Below, one piece after another: positions 37,314-50,968 of a DNA stretch of 64,000 bases. The stretch's first letter is position 1; every line of letters starts with the position of its first letter. Below the pieces are notes generated by a model that worked only from the letters and a program-made list of their open reading frames with translations, made no database searches and was not told the origin of the DNA. The position numbers were made by a program, and so were the translations under genes. Source of the stretch: Styela clava (lineage: Eukaryota); assembly GCF_964204865.1 (NCBI RefSeq), contig NC_135259.1, positions 8,928,001 through 8,992,000 of the forward strand, in the 5' to 3' direction.

Positions 37314-37844
37314 CATCGTTTTCCAAACCTATTTTCCCGGAACACCTACGCTTTTATCTCGCCTCGCGGAACACCAAAAAATAAAAAGGTAATATTGATA
37401 ATGAAAGAATCGTGTAATGGATTTACCTTGTACCCCAACTTGCACAACTGGTTTATCGCGACATCTTTTGAGGTTTACAGTTTTAATCCAACAATTCATT
37501 GAAAAGGGTGCTCTCCAACAAATTTAGCCTATATAATAAAATTAAAAAGTTTGCTTCAACCTTAGCAATTGAAAAACTAGACCGATAGTTAACGATATTC
37601 AACGGTTCACAAAAGTGTCATGCTTTGCATACTGTTACGAGACCTGTCTACCTGCTTAGATAGCAAGGCCTGTCTGCCTTATGTCGCCAGTTGAAAGACA
37701 AATTTACGACCCAGAGGCGTCGAAGTACAGCCAAGATCGCCATGGCGGTCAATTTAGTTGCAATTTCGATTACTGTTCCGCGGAACACTCCAAAGTAGCT
37801 CTCAGAACAGTAGTGTTCCAAGGAACACAGTTTGAGAAACGCTG
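37314..37844. mobile_element. hAT-like MITE (B), present in every unit; shorter version at 31536-31773
   Basis: Ends CATCGTTT(T/C)(C/T)CAAAC... and ...GGAACACAGTTTGAGAAACGCTG form imperfect TIRs, with internal GGAACAC repeats. This element is the source of the recurrent 76-77-aa ORFs. Confidence 0.6.
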
Positions 37845-38895
37845 GACTACAGCTTTTCACAATGAGACTTATTCTCAGCACAATAAAACACCAGGATCGA
37901 GTATTAATTAATGTAAATCATTTTTTGCAGACGAGGACTGGTCATGAATAAGCGAAATCATTGACACTGATTTTGAAAAATGAACTTTAGTAACAGAATA
38001 TCCGTTAAATGGCGTGTCCTATGTTTTTATTCATAAATATAATATTGTCCAATGCTTTATTTTAATCCTAAATACTCCATGTGATCTGACGTTGGTACAA
38101 GTCTTAACTTTATTTTTCACAGGTCAACAAGTTTGTCAGTGGTAAAGTACGTTCCATATTCAAAAATTTCGTCATATACAATAGCAAATTAGAAATGATG
38201 TTATTTTCAAATTCGGAAATAATTAAATTGTATTTTTCTACTTCGTCCGATAACGTTAGATTTCATCAGAAGCGGTGTATTTGGATTCTTACTTAGATTT
38301 TGGAATGTTGTGGCTATCGTGAAAGGGCTTTACCCCGTCGGTAACTCTGTAATGTTTGCGAAGACCAATCAAATGGTCTTCATCAATAATATCCGCAAAC
38401 ATACATAATCATATAAAAATTTCATGATATATTTGTGATCCGTAACTAATAAACCTTACAGATTTTGAAATATTATATTGTACTTTAGCACAGCGAAGAA
38501 GAAAATGAACTTTGTGTATCTTTCATGGCGGTAAGAATGGTTACATCATCGTCACCGCAGAAACATTTTACTATCTCACGATTGCGTTACGCTCTCGTTC
38601 TCTCGTTTGTCACGGGGAATCACCTTTACGGTAAAGCCGTATTTATTTATTCGTCAAATTATCGCTGCTTCAAAATCAATATCTATTCTACATTGCTAAC
38701 CAAATAGTGCGATTGGATTGAAATCCCCACTTTAGATTATGTATTATCCGCTAAACTAAATATATGAACGACAAGACAGAATGTTCATCAAAGCAGTTAA
38801 ACAAGATATTGTACGTAGAACGGTATCAGACTACAAGTTTATAATATCGAGATTACTACTCATATTTTTGAAGAAAAAAAGTTTATCAAACCGCT

Positions 38896-40738
38896 ATGGC
38901 AAGCTTGAAGCTTTACATCAAGGTAAGCTAAGGAAATAGTATAAGACCATAAGAAACATGAGTTACGTGCATTATAGTAATTGACGGTTTCATACGGGAA
39001 TGATCGTATTCTAAAGAATTACTTTTCGTAAACTTACCTATATTTGTGTCTGATCTTCATCCGTGGGCTTAATATGACGACGGAACAATATGCTTATAAC
39101 AGACTTTAGTAAATGGCCAGATGATATATTATGTAAATTTTTGTATAATATGGTTCTATTGATAGATGATATATTTTTGTGTCCCATCATATTTTTAAGT
39201 AATGAGTATATGTAGGTTTAAATATAAAAGTCTAACGAGGTTTTTGTTTTTTTAGATTGTTGCATTATGCTCTGTCTGTCTTATCAGCGTAACTTCATTT
39301 GACCCTGAGTAAGTGTTAAGTGATGTTCGCTAATTTTTCGTAATATATTTATCGGCGTTTTAAGATAGATTTGATTATTAAACTAATATCTAGTATTAAT
39401 GTATTAATTAAATGGCATACATTGTATAATTTAGGGTAGGATTAATTCTGACTAGTGCGTTGCTAAACGTATTGAAAAAAAAAAATGTTTATTTTGTTAA
39501 AAAATAACCTTCATACAGAATTTTAGAATGGTATATTTGCTTATTTATTCGTATAAATATTACTCTTTAACAAAATCGTATGACTCATTAACAAATAATA
39601 TCTTTTCTTATAGCTCAGAGTTTATAAGAACTCACAACTGCAAAGTCAATAAAACAGAAACAGTAGATGATGGATTTGCTTCTTATTACTTGCATGAGTG
39701 AGTATCGAGTATATATTTCAACTTTACGAGAGAGTATAAAAATGAGTCTGAATTTCCTACGTGCTTTATTTATTGATCTGTTTTATTACAAAGCTATAGT
39801 GATATTCTTATTTCTGCTGAGTAATACCACTCAGCATATTAATATAATTTTAGCTAGACACAGATTCCACATTTTTGTCGCAAAGAGCAATACTTATTTA
39901 TATTTTGATTGGAGAATAAACCAGCTAATTTATACTTCCCTCCCGTTATAAAACCTTGCAAAATTTTACGATTCATTCATCTACGATATCCGTATTTTCA
40001 GGGTCAATTGTATAAACTTAGAGCCAAGTTCTTTCCCAAGCGCCATATGTTCATCCACAAGATGTCGCGAACCAATAAATGGAAAACCTTTGTCTGGCAA
40101 AAGATACGAACCAAAAGAAGTATTGTTTAAACTACACTTTGACAGTCGTCTAAATGGCAAATTCACAAAATCACTAACAATTGCATGCAGGTATGTTTTT
40201 TTATCATATTTTATTTCAATATTTAAATTACAATGGCCCTTTTCAACATAATTAGTATAAATTTGAAATCCCTAAAATACTAAAAATGCTGACTTACATA
40301 AGAAATTGCTGTAATATTTAACCTCCCAATAAAACAAAAGTTGGGCAGCTGTATATTGATAAACACAAGACTGAAAAGTAAACCATAATTTTTTTTCGAC
40401 AAAGATCATTCTGAATATGATTTCGTTTATTTTTTGTATTTTCAGTCAACTAATCAAAGTTAATTTAGATTTCAAAAGGGTATGTTATATTGAAGGTGTA
40501 TGATTCCTCTTCGCCTTGTTAATTAGAAATAGATCATACAATACCACTTATGGCATTATAAATAATGAAATTTTAAACTAGAAAAGTGATCCAACATTTA
40601 ATATTTTACTTTAGATGTGTCAAAGTCGAAAAATTGACTAAACGGCGAAAAGGAAGACGGGGCCGAAAAGGAGGAAAAGGCAAAGACAAGAAATCTCGTC
40701 GAGGAAAAAAAGCAAGAAAAGCTCATAGAGATTCATAA
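38896..40738 (+). CDS. IL-17-like cytokine, copy 2 (intact)
   Basis: Same five exons with intact splice sites. Variant residues: VTSFDPDSEF, YLHEVNCINLEP, INGKP, LTIACRCV, AHRDS. Confidence 0.8.
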
Positions 40739-43700
40739 TGATTCATTGCCGAACTGTTCAGACGTGATTGAATTTGAAAATGTTTTGTTAGCTATTATTT
40801 ATATATTATTTATCTATTTTTTCATGACTTCGTTTAAGGTAAAAATATTTAAAGCTGAATTTTGTTCTCACTATATTCATACATATATATGAAATGCAAT
40901 ATTATTTTGGGGAATCCAAGTTTGCTTCAGTGTTAAATTGTATAAAATATTTTCAAAAATAATTATATTTTCATGTATTTATTTATCAACTCTATTTATT
41001 ATTTCCACTGAAAATTGTTCATTCTTTTAAATATTTTTATAATGTTAATCGACCAAATTTATAGTTTTCTATTAGCTATTATTTCAACTGGTTTTATTGA
41101 AGTCATGGTGCTGGACTTTACATAATTTAATATATTTGTTATTTTGGTGCTTCTAATAATTTTAAATAAATTACTTTCTGCGTAACATGGGCATCTATGA
41201 TATAGTTGTAGATATGAAAAAGTTGAGTGGATAAGTTTATAACCGTTTTTTGAGGGATTTGAGTGAAGTGTGAGCGCGAGTGGAATATTTACCTACGGCG
41301 ATAAGAACGATTACATCATCGTCACCACGATAATACTTATTATCTCATGCTTGAGCTGCGCTATCGTTATATTGTTCTTTCACCTGTCACGGAGAATAAC
41401 CTAATGCTTATTACAGACTTTAGTGCAGGAGTCGGAAACCTTTTGTCGCTCGCGTGCCAAAATTAAGGGGTGCGAGTCATTGGCGGGCCGCACATATTTT
41501 TAGAAAGTTGAAAACCGAACGGATGATACGTTTTATAATAAAAATCAAGCAGTGATACATCTCTCGAATCGAATATTGATTTATTTCCTCATTGCATCTC
41601 AAAAAATTGCATAGCATCTCAAAAAAGTCCCTTTGAATGTTTTCGGCGCCATTGAACCCTTTGCACTCAGCATCAAATTTTCTGCGTTTAGTTGCCATTA
41701 ATTAAACGAGTTCAATAAACGAGTATTTGTGAATTTTATTATAATTCAGGGTACACGTGTCTCACAATAAATTCTGTTACGTAACATTCTGTTGGTCAAA
41801 ACAGCTGTTTTGCTGCTATAATTCAGTGAAGTGTCGCGGGCCGGATTATATTACTCCGCGGGCCGGATCCGGCGCAGGGCCGTAGGTTGCCGACCCCTGC
41901 TTTAGTGAATGTCCATATGATATAAGATGTAAACTTGGATGGTAGTAAATATTTGGTATGATATGGTTGTATTGATACGTGATATATTTTCGTGTCCCAT
42001 TATATTTTGAGTAATAAGTAAATGTGAGTGCTAATATAAAACTTTAACGTTTTTGTTTTTAGATTGTCGCATTATGTTGCATCTGTCTTATCAGTGTATC
42101 TTCATTTGATTCTGAGTAAGAGTTGAGTAATTTCACAGTTATCTTGACGTGTTCTAGTTATCGTAATTTGCAATAAATTCCCCAGAAGTCCTTTAAATGT
42201 GCGTTTCATTGTCGCACTTTATTAGATTACTTTTTTATTTTATATTTTAAACAGATTCACATTGATTTGTATCATAATATTACAGCATCTGGAGTAATTT
42301 TTTATAAATGGTATTCGTTTGATTGCTATTTTATTGTAGTATGTTTTTATGTGACTCCTGTTTTAAACAAGAGGTTGTACGTATAGAACGAATCTTACAT
42401 GCTTAGGTCTTTCGTATTTATGTTCTATCCGCTAGGGAGTACACGAGAGGCAATTTATAATTGTTGATAAAATGACATTACATTTTCCCACCGTTCTCTG
42501 GCCCTCTATTTGATAACTTTCAAATTGGAACGTCTATGTACACCTAATTGTTTTAAATGAATTTGGTGGGTGTATTTATTCACTTTTGAATTTCATGCAA
42601 TGTATTTTTGAATTTTAAAGTGAGATTGAGATAAATTCACGTAACAATCAGTAAAAATATACAGATAATGTTTCAAATCCACGATAACAAAAGCTACTTT
42701 AAAAAATTTTATATACCAAAGTAAAATGAGCCGTCAATTAATGGTATGACGTGAAATTAGATTTTTTTTTTATAAAACCGGCGTTTGTAGTGTATATGTT
42801 CATAATGTAATATCTCGGTATTAATGTGATAACAAAAATTTGTTCGTAGTTTTCCAAATGCATTTGAGTGGCTTTGTGATACTTTGCGTCACATCAATTC
42901 AAGATATTTAAATTGTCCAGCGCAATACTCATAAAGGAGAGCAAAAAGATGAAATAATTGGCTTCCAACATTTCCAACACTCTACAGGTGGGTTTTCGAC
43001 GGAGTTCCGCAGTTACATTTCAGGATTACCGCAAGTTTACATCTTGAAGTATAATTTTTCACGGGTATATTGTTTAAACATATTCAAATAACTATTAGAT
43101 TTGCAAATATTATTGATATTGTATCATTTTGTTTTGACAGTTTCACATTATTAGAGATTGATTGTATAAATGTGTAATATATACTTATAGTTTATACAAA
43201 TTTATATTTTATATTAGATTATATATAGTGTGTAAAATAACGTATTGCAAACTATTGTATTGGGGTTCCCCAAACCTCCAGAATATTCCATAGAAGTTCC
43301 ACTCCACCGGAAAGGTTGAAAATGACCCGTCTATTGATTTCATTCAACATCGTTTTCCAAACCTATTTTCCCGGAACACCTACGCTTTTATCTCGCCTCG
43401 CGGAACACCAAAAAATAAAAAGGTAATATTGATAATGAAAGAATCGTGTAATGGATTTACCTTGTACCCCAACTTGCACAACTGGTTTATCGCGACATCT
43501 TTTGAGGTTTACAGTTTTAATCCAACAATTCATTGAAAAGGGTGCTCTCCAACAAATTTAGCCTATATAATAAAATTAAAAAGTTTGCTTCAACCTTAGC
43601 AATTGAAAAACTAGACCGATAGTTAACGATATTCAACGGTTCACAAAAGTGTCATGCTTTGCATACTGTTACGAGACCTGTCTACCTGCTTAGATAGCAA

Positions 43701-44929
43701 GGCCTGTCTGCCTTATGTCGCCAGTTGAAAGACAAATTTACGACCCAGAGGCGTCGAAGTACAGCCAAGATCGCCATGGCGGTCAATTTAGTTGCAATTT
43801 CGATTACTGTTCCGCGGAACACTCCAAAGTAGCTCTCAGAACAGTAGTGTTCCAAGGAACACAGTTTGAGAAACGCTGGACTACAGCTTTTCACAATGAG
43901 ACTTATTCTCAGCACAATAAAACACCAGGATCGAGTATTAATTAATGTAAATCATTTTTTGCAGACGAGGACTGGTCATGAATAAGCGAAATCATTGACA
44001 CTGATTTTGAAAAATGAACTTTAGTAACAGAATATCCGTTAAATGGCGTGTCCTATGTTTTTATTCATAAATATAATATTGTCCAATGCTTTATTTTAAT
44101 CCTAAATACTCCATGTGATCTGACGTTGGTACAAGTCTTAACTTTATTTTTCACAGGTCAACAAGTTTGTCAGTGGTAAAGTACGTTCCATATTCAAAAA
44201 TTTCGTCATATACAATAGCAAATTAGAAATGATGTTATTTTCAAATTCGGAAATAATTAAATTGTATTTTTCTACTTCGTCCGATAACGTTAGATTTCAT
44301 CAGAAGCGGTGTATTTGGATTCTTACTTAGATTTTGGAATGTTGTGGCTATCGTGAAAGGGCTTTACCCCGTCGGTAACTCTGTAATGTTTGCGAAGACC
44401 AATCAAATGGCCTTCATCAATAATATCCGCAAACATACATAATCATATAAAAATTTCATGATATATTTGTGATCCGTAACTAATAAACCTTACAGATTTT
44501 GAAATATTATATTGTACTTTAGCACAGCGAAGAAGAAAATGAACTTTGTGTATCTTTCATGGCGGTAAGAATGGTTACATCATCGTCACCGCAGAAACAT
44601 TTTACTATCTCACGATTGCGTTACGCTCTCGTTCTCTCGTTTGTCACGGGGAATCACCTTTACGGTAAAGCCGTATTTATTTATTCGTCAAATTATCGCT
44701 GCTTCAAAATCAATATCTATTCTACATTGCTAACCAAATAGTGCGATTGGATTGAAAACCCCACTTTAGATTATGTATTATCCGCTAAACTAAATATATG
44801 AACGACAAGACAGAATGTTCATCAAAGCAGTTAAACAAGATATTGTACGTAGAACGGTATCAGACTACAAGTTTATAATATCGAGATTACTACTCATATT
44901 TTTGAAGAAAAAAAGTTTATCAAACCGCT

Positions 44930-46772
44930 ATGGCAAGCTTGAAGCTTTACATCAAGGTAAGCTAAGGAAATAGTATAAGACCATAAGAAACATGAGTTAC
45001 GTGCATTATAGTAATTGACGGTTTCATACGGGAATGATCGTATTCTAAAGAATTACTTTTCGTAAACTTACCTATATTTGTGTCTGATCTTCATCCGTGG
45101 GCTTAATATGACGACGGAACAATATGCTTATAACAGACTTTAGTAAATGGCCAGATGATATATTATGTAAATTTTTGTATAATATGGTTCTATTGATAGA
45201 TGATATATTTTTGTGTCCCATCATATTTTTAAGTAATGAGTATATGTAGGTTTAAATATAAAAGTCTAACGAGGTTTTTGTTTTTTTAGATTGTTGCATT
45301 ATGCTCTGTCTGTCTTATCAGCGTAACTTCATTTGACCCTGAGTAAGTGTTAAGTGATGTTCGCTAATTTTTCGTAATATATTTATCGGCGTTTTAAGAT
45401 AGATTTGATTATTAAACTAATATCTAGTATTAATGTATTAATTAAATGGCATACATTGTATAATTTAGGGTAGGATTAATTCTGACTAGTGCGTTGCTAA
45501 ACGTATTGAAAAAAAAAAATGTTTATTTTGTTAAAAAATAACCTTCATACAGAATTTTAGAATGGTATATTTGCTTATTTATTCGTATAAATATTACTCT
45601 TTAACAAAATCGTATGACTCATTAACAAATAATATCTTTTCTTATAGCTCAGAGTTTATAAGAACTCACAACTGCAAAGTCAATAAAACAGAAACAGTAG
45701 ATGATGGATTTGCTTCTTATTACTTGCATGAGTGAGTATCGAGTATATATTTCAACTTTACGAGAGAGTATAAAAATGAGTCTGAATTTCCTACGTGCTT
45801 TATTTATTGATCTGTTTTATTACAAAGCTATAGTGATATTCTTATTTCTGCTGAGTAATACCACTCAGCATATTAATATAATTTTAGCTAGACACAGATT
45901 CCACATTTTTGTCGCAAAGAGCAATACTTATTTATATTTTGATTGGAGAATAAACCAGCTAATTTATACTTCCCTCCCGTTATAAAACCTTGCAAAATTT
46001 TACGATTCATTCATCTACGATATCCGTATTTTCAGGGTCAATTGTATAAACTTAGAGCCAAGTTCTTTCCCAAGCGCCATATGTTCATCCACAAGATGTC
46101 GCGAACCAATAAATGGAAAACCTTTGTCTGGCAAAAGATACGAACCAAAAGAAGTATTGTTTAAACTACACTTTGACAGTCGTCTAAATGGCAAATTCAC
46201 AAAATCACTAACAATTGCATGCAGGTATGTTTTTTTATCATATTTTATTTCAATATTTAAATTACAATGGCCCTTTTCAACATAATTAGTATAAATTTGA
46301 AATCCCTAAAATACTAAAAATGCTGACTTACATAAGAAATTGCTGTAATATTTAACCTCCCAATAAAACAAAAGTTGGGCAGCTGTATATTGATAAACAC
46401 AAGACTGAAAAGTAAACCATAATTTTTTTTCGACAAAGATCATTCTGAATATGATTTCGTTTATTTTTTGTATTTTCAGTCAACTAATCAAAGTTAATTT
46501 AGATTTCAAAAGGGTATGTTATATTGAAGGTGTATGATTCCTCTTCGCCTTGTTAATTAGAAATAGATCATACAATACCACTTATGGCATTATAAATAAT
46601 GAAATTTTAAACTAGAAAAGTGATCCAACATTTAATATTTTACTTTAGATGTGTCAAAGTCGAAAAATTGACTAAACGGCGAAAAGGAAGACGGGGCCGA
46701 AAAGGAGGAAAAGGCAAAGACAAGAAATCTCGTCGAGGAAAAAAAGCAAGAAAAGCTCATAGAGATTCATAA
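44930..46772 (+). CDS. IL-17-like cytokine, copy 3 (intact, apparently identical protein to copy 2)
   Basis: Offset of exactly +6034 from copy 2. Exons and splice sites read identically. Confidence 0.8.
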
Positions 46773-49700
46773 TGATTCATTGCCGAACTGTTCAGACGTG
46801 ATTGAATTTGAAAATGTTTTGTTAGCTATTATTTATATATTATTTATCTATTTTTTCATGACTTCGTTTAAGGTAAAAATATTTAAAGCTGAATTTTGTT
46901 CTCACTATATTCATACATATATATGAAATGCAATATTATTTTGGGGAATCCAAGTTTGCTTCAGTGTTAAATTGTATAAAATATTTTCAAAAATAATTAT
47001 ATTTTCATGTATTTATTTATCAACTCTATTTATTATTTCCACTGAAAATTGTTCATTCTTTTAAATATTTTTATAATGTTAATCGACCAAATTTATAGTT
47101 TTCTATTAGCTATTATTTCAACTGGTTTTATTGAAGTCATGGTGCTGGACTTTACATAATTTAATATATTTGTTATTTTGGTGCTTCTAATAATTTTAAA
47201 TAAATTACTTTCTGCGTAACATGGGCATCTATGATATAGTTGTAGATATGAAAAAGTTGAGTGGATAAGTTTATAACCGTTTTTTGAGGGATTTGAGTGA
47301 AGTGTGAGCGCGAGTGGAATATTTACCTACGGCGATAAGAACGATTACATCATCGTCACCACGATAATACTTATTATCTCATGCTTGAGCTGCGCTATCG
47401 TTATATTGTTCTTTCACCTGTCACGGAGAATAACCTAATGCTTATTACAGACTTTAGTGCAGGAGTCGGAAACCTTTTGTCGCTCGCGTGCCAAAATTAA
47501 GGGGTGCGAGTCATTGGCGGGCCGCACATATTTTTAGAAAGTTGAAAACCGAACGGATGATACGTTTTATAATAAAAATCAAGCAGTGATACATCTCTCG
47601 AATCGAATATTGATTTATTTCCTCATTGCATCTCAAAAAATTGCATAGCATCTCAAAAAAGTCCCTTTGAATGTTTTCGGCGCCATTGAACCCTTTGCAC
47701 TCAGCATCAAATTTTCTGCGTTTAGTTGCCATTAATTAAACGAGTTCAATAAACGAGTATTTGTGAATTTTATTATAATTCAGGGTACACGTGTCTCACA
47801 ATAAATTCTGTTACGTAACATTCTGTTGGTCAAAACAGCTGTTTTGCTGCTATAATTCAGTGAAGTGTCGCGGGCCGGATTATATTACTCCGCGGGCCGG
47901 ATCCGGCGCAGGGCCGTAGGTTGCCGACCCCTGCTTTAGTGAATGTCCATATGATATAAGATGTAAACTTGGATGGTAGTAAATATTTGGTATGATATGG
48001 TTGTATTGATACGTGATATATTTTCGTGTCCCATTATATTTTGAGTAATAAGTAAATGTGAGTGCTAATATAAAACTTTAACGTTTTTGTTTTTAGATTG
48101 TCGCATTATGTTGCATCTGTCTTATCAGTGTATCTTCATTTGATTCTGAGTAAGAGTTGAGTAATTTCACAGTTATCTTGACGTGTTCTAGTTATCGTAA
48201 TTTGCAATAAATTCCCCAGAAGTCCTTTAAATGTGCGTTTCATTGTCGCACTTTATTAGATTACTTTTTTATTTTATATTTTAAACAGATTCACATTGAT
48301 TTGTATCATAATATTACAGCATCTGGAGTAATTTTTTATAAATGGTATTCGTTTGATTGCTATTTTATTGTAGTATGTTTTTATGTGACTCCTGTTTTAA
48401 ACAAGAGGTTGTACGTATAGAACGAATCTTACATGCTTAGGTCTTTCGTATTTATGTTCTATCCGCTAGGGAGTACACGAGAGGCAATTTATAATTGTTG
48501 ATAAAATGACATTACATTTTCCCACCGTTCTCTGGCCCTCTATTTGATAACTTTCAAATTGGAACGTCTATGTACACCTAATTGTTTTAAATGAATTTGG
48601 TGGGTGTATTTATTCACTTTTGAATTTCATGCAATGTATTTTTGAATTTTAAAGTGAGATTGAGATAAATTCACGTAACAATCAGTAAAAATATACAGAT
48701 AATGTTTCAAATCCACGATAACAAAAGCTACTTTAAAAAATTTTATATACCAAAGTAAAATGAGCCGTCAATTAATGGTATGACGTGAAATTAGATTTTT
48801 TTTTTATAAAACCGGCGTTTGTAGTGTATATGTTCATAATGTAATATCTCGGTATTAATGTGATAACAAAAATTTGTTCGTAGTTTTCCAAATGCATTTG
48901 AGTGGCTTTGTGATACTTTGCGTCACATCAATTCAAGATATTTAAATTGTCCAGCGCAATACTCATAAAGGAGAGCAAAAAGATGAAATAATTGGCTTCC
49001 AACATTTCCAACACTCTACAGGTGGGTTTTCGACGGAGTTCCGCAGTTACATTTCAGGATTACCGCAAGTTTACATCTTGAAGTATAATTTTTCACGGGT
49101 ATATTGTTTAAACATATTCAAATAACTATTAGATTTGCAAATATTATTGAACTTGTATCATTTTGTTTTGACAGTTTCACATTATTAGAGATTGATTGTA
49201 TAAATGTGTAATATGTATTTATATTTTATACAAATTTATATAGCCCTGCAGCCTTACAAGTATACTGTAGATAGGTGTATAAAATAACGTATTGCAAACT
49301 ATTGTATTGGGGTTCCCCAAACCTCCAGAATATTCCATAGAAGTTACACTCCGTCTAAAAGGTTGAAAATGACCCGTCTATTGATTACATTCAACATCGT
49401 TTCCCAAACCTATTTTCCCGGAACACCTACGCTTTTATCTCGCCTCGCGGAACACCAAAAAATAAGAAGGTATTATTGATAATGAAAGAATTGTGTAATG
49501 GATTTACCTTGTGCCTCAACTTGCACAACTGGTTTATCGCGACATCTTTTGAGGTTTTCAGTTTTAATCCATCAATTCATTGAAAAGGGTTCTCTCCAAA
49601 AAATTTAGCCTATATGGTAAAATTAAAAAGTTTACTTGAACCATAGCATTTGAAAAACTAGGCCGATAGTTAACGATATTCAACGGTTCACAAAAATGTC

Positions 49701-50968
49701 ACGCTTTGCATACTGGCACGAGACCTGTCTACCTGCTTAGATAGCAAGGCATGTCTGCCTTATGTCGCCAGTTGAAAGACAAATTTACGACCCAGAGGCG
49801 TCGAAGTACGGCCAAGATCGCCATGGCGGTCAATTTAGTTGCAATTTCGATTGCTGTTCCGCGGAACACTCCAAAGTAGCTCTCAGAACAGTAGTGTTCC
49901 AGGGAACACAGTTTGAGAAACGCTGGACTACAGCTTTTCACAATGAGACTTATTCTCAGCACAATAAAACACCAGGATCGAATATTCATTAATGTAAATC
50001 ATTTTTTGCGGACGAGGACTGGTCATGAATAAGCGAAATCATTGACACTGATTTTGAAAAATGAACTTTAGGAACAGAATATTCGTTAAACGACGTGTCC
50101 TATGTTTGTATTCATAAATACCATATTGTCCAATGCTTTATTTTAATCCTAAATACCCCACGTGATCTGACGTTGGTACAAGTCTTAACTTTATTTTTCA
50201 CAGGTCAACAAGTTTGTCAGTGGTAAAGTACGTTCCATATTCAAATATTTCGTCATATACAATAGCAAATTAGAAATGATGTTATTTTCAAATTCGGAAA
50301 TAATTAAATTGTATTTTTCTACTTCGTCCGATAACGTTAGATTTCATCAGAAGCGGTGTATTTGGATTCTTACCTAGATTTTGGAATGTTGTGGCTATCG
50401 TGAAAGGGCTTCACCCCATCGGTAACTCTATAATGTTTGCGAAGACCAATCAAATGACCTTCATCAATAATATCCGCAAACATATATAATCATATAAAAA
50501 TTTCATGATATATTTGTGATCCGTAACTAATGAACCTTACAGATTTTGAAATATTATATTGTACTTTAGCACAGCGAAGAAGAAAATGAACTTTGTGTAT
50601 CTCACATGGCGGTAAGAATGGTTACATCAACGTCACCGCAGAAACATTTTACTATCTCACGATTGAGTTACGCTCTCGTTTGTCACGGGGAATAACCTTT
50701 ACGGAAAAGCCGTCTTTATTTATTCGTCAAATTATCGCTGCTTCAAAATCAATATCTATTCTACATTGCTAACCAAATAGTGCGATTGGACTGAAAACCC
50801 CACTTTAGATTATGTATTATCCGCTAAACTAAATAAATGAACGATAAGATAGAATGTTCATCAAAGCAGTTAAACGAGATATTGTACGCAGAAAGGTATC
50901 AGACTACAAGTTTATAATATCGAGATTACTACTCTTATTTTTGAAGATAAAAAGTTTATCAAACCGCT

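Noticed and set aside
37648-37911. Recurrent 76-77-aa ORFs on both strands in units 2-6
   Set aside because: They lie within or across MITE B. Recurrence reflects the duplication, and they have no splice or domain support.
39667-40166. ORFs MMDLLL..., MENKPAN... and MNLPFRR... repeated in the array
   Set aside because: These are off-frame or antisense shadows of cytokine exons 3-4 that run into introns.
41477-41698. 73-aa ORF as a functional transposase
   Set aside because: Only the first ~16 residues resemble a hAT transposase N-terminus. There is no catalytic domain and no matching 3' TIR.
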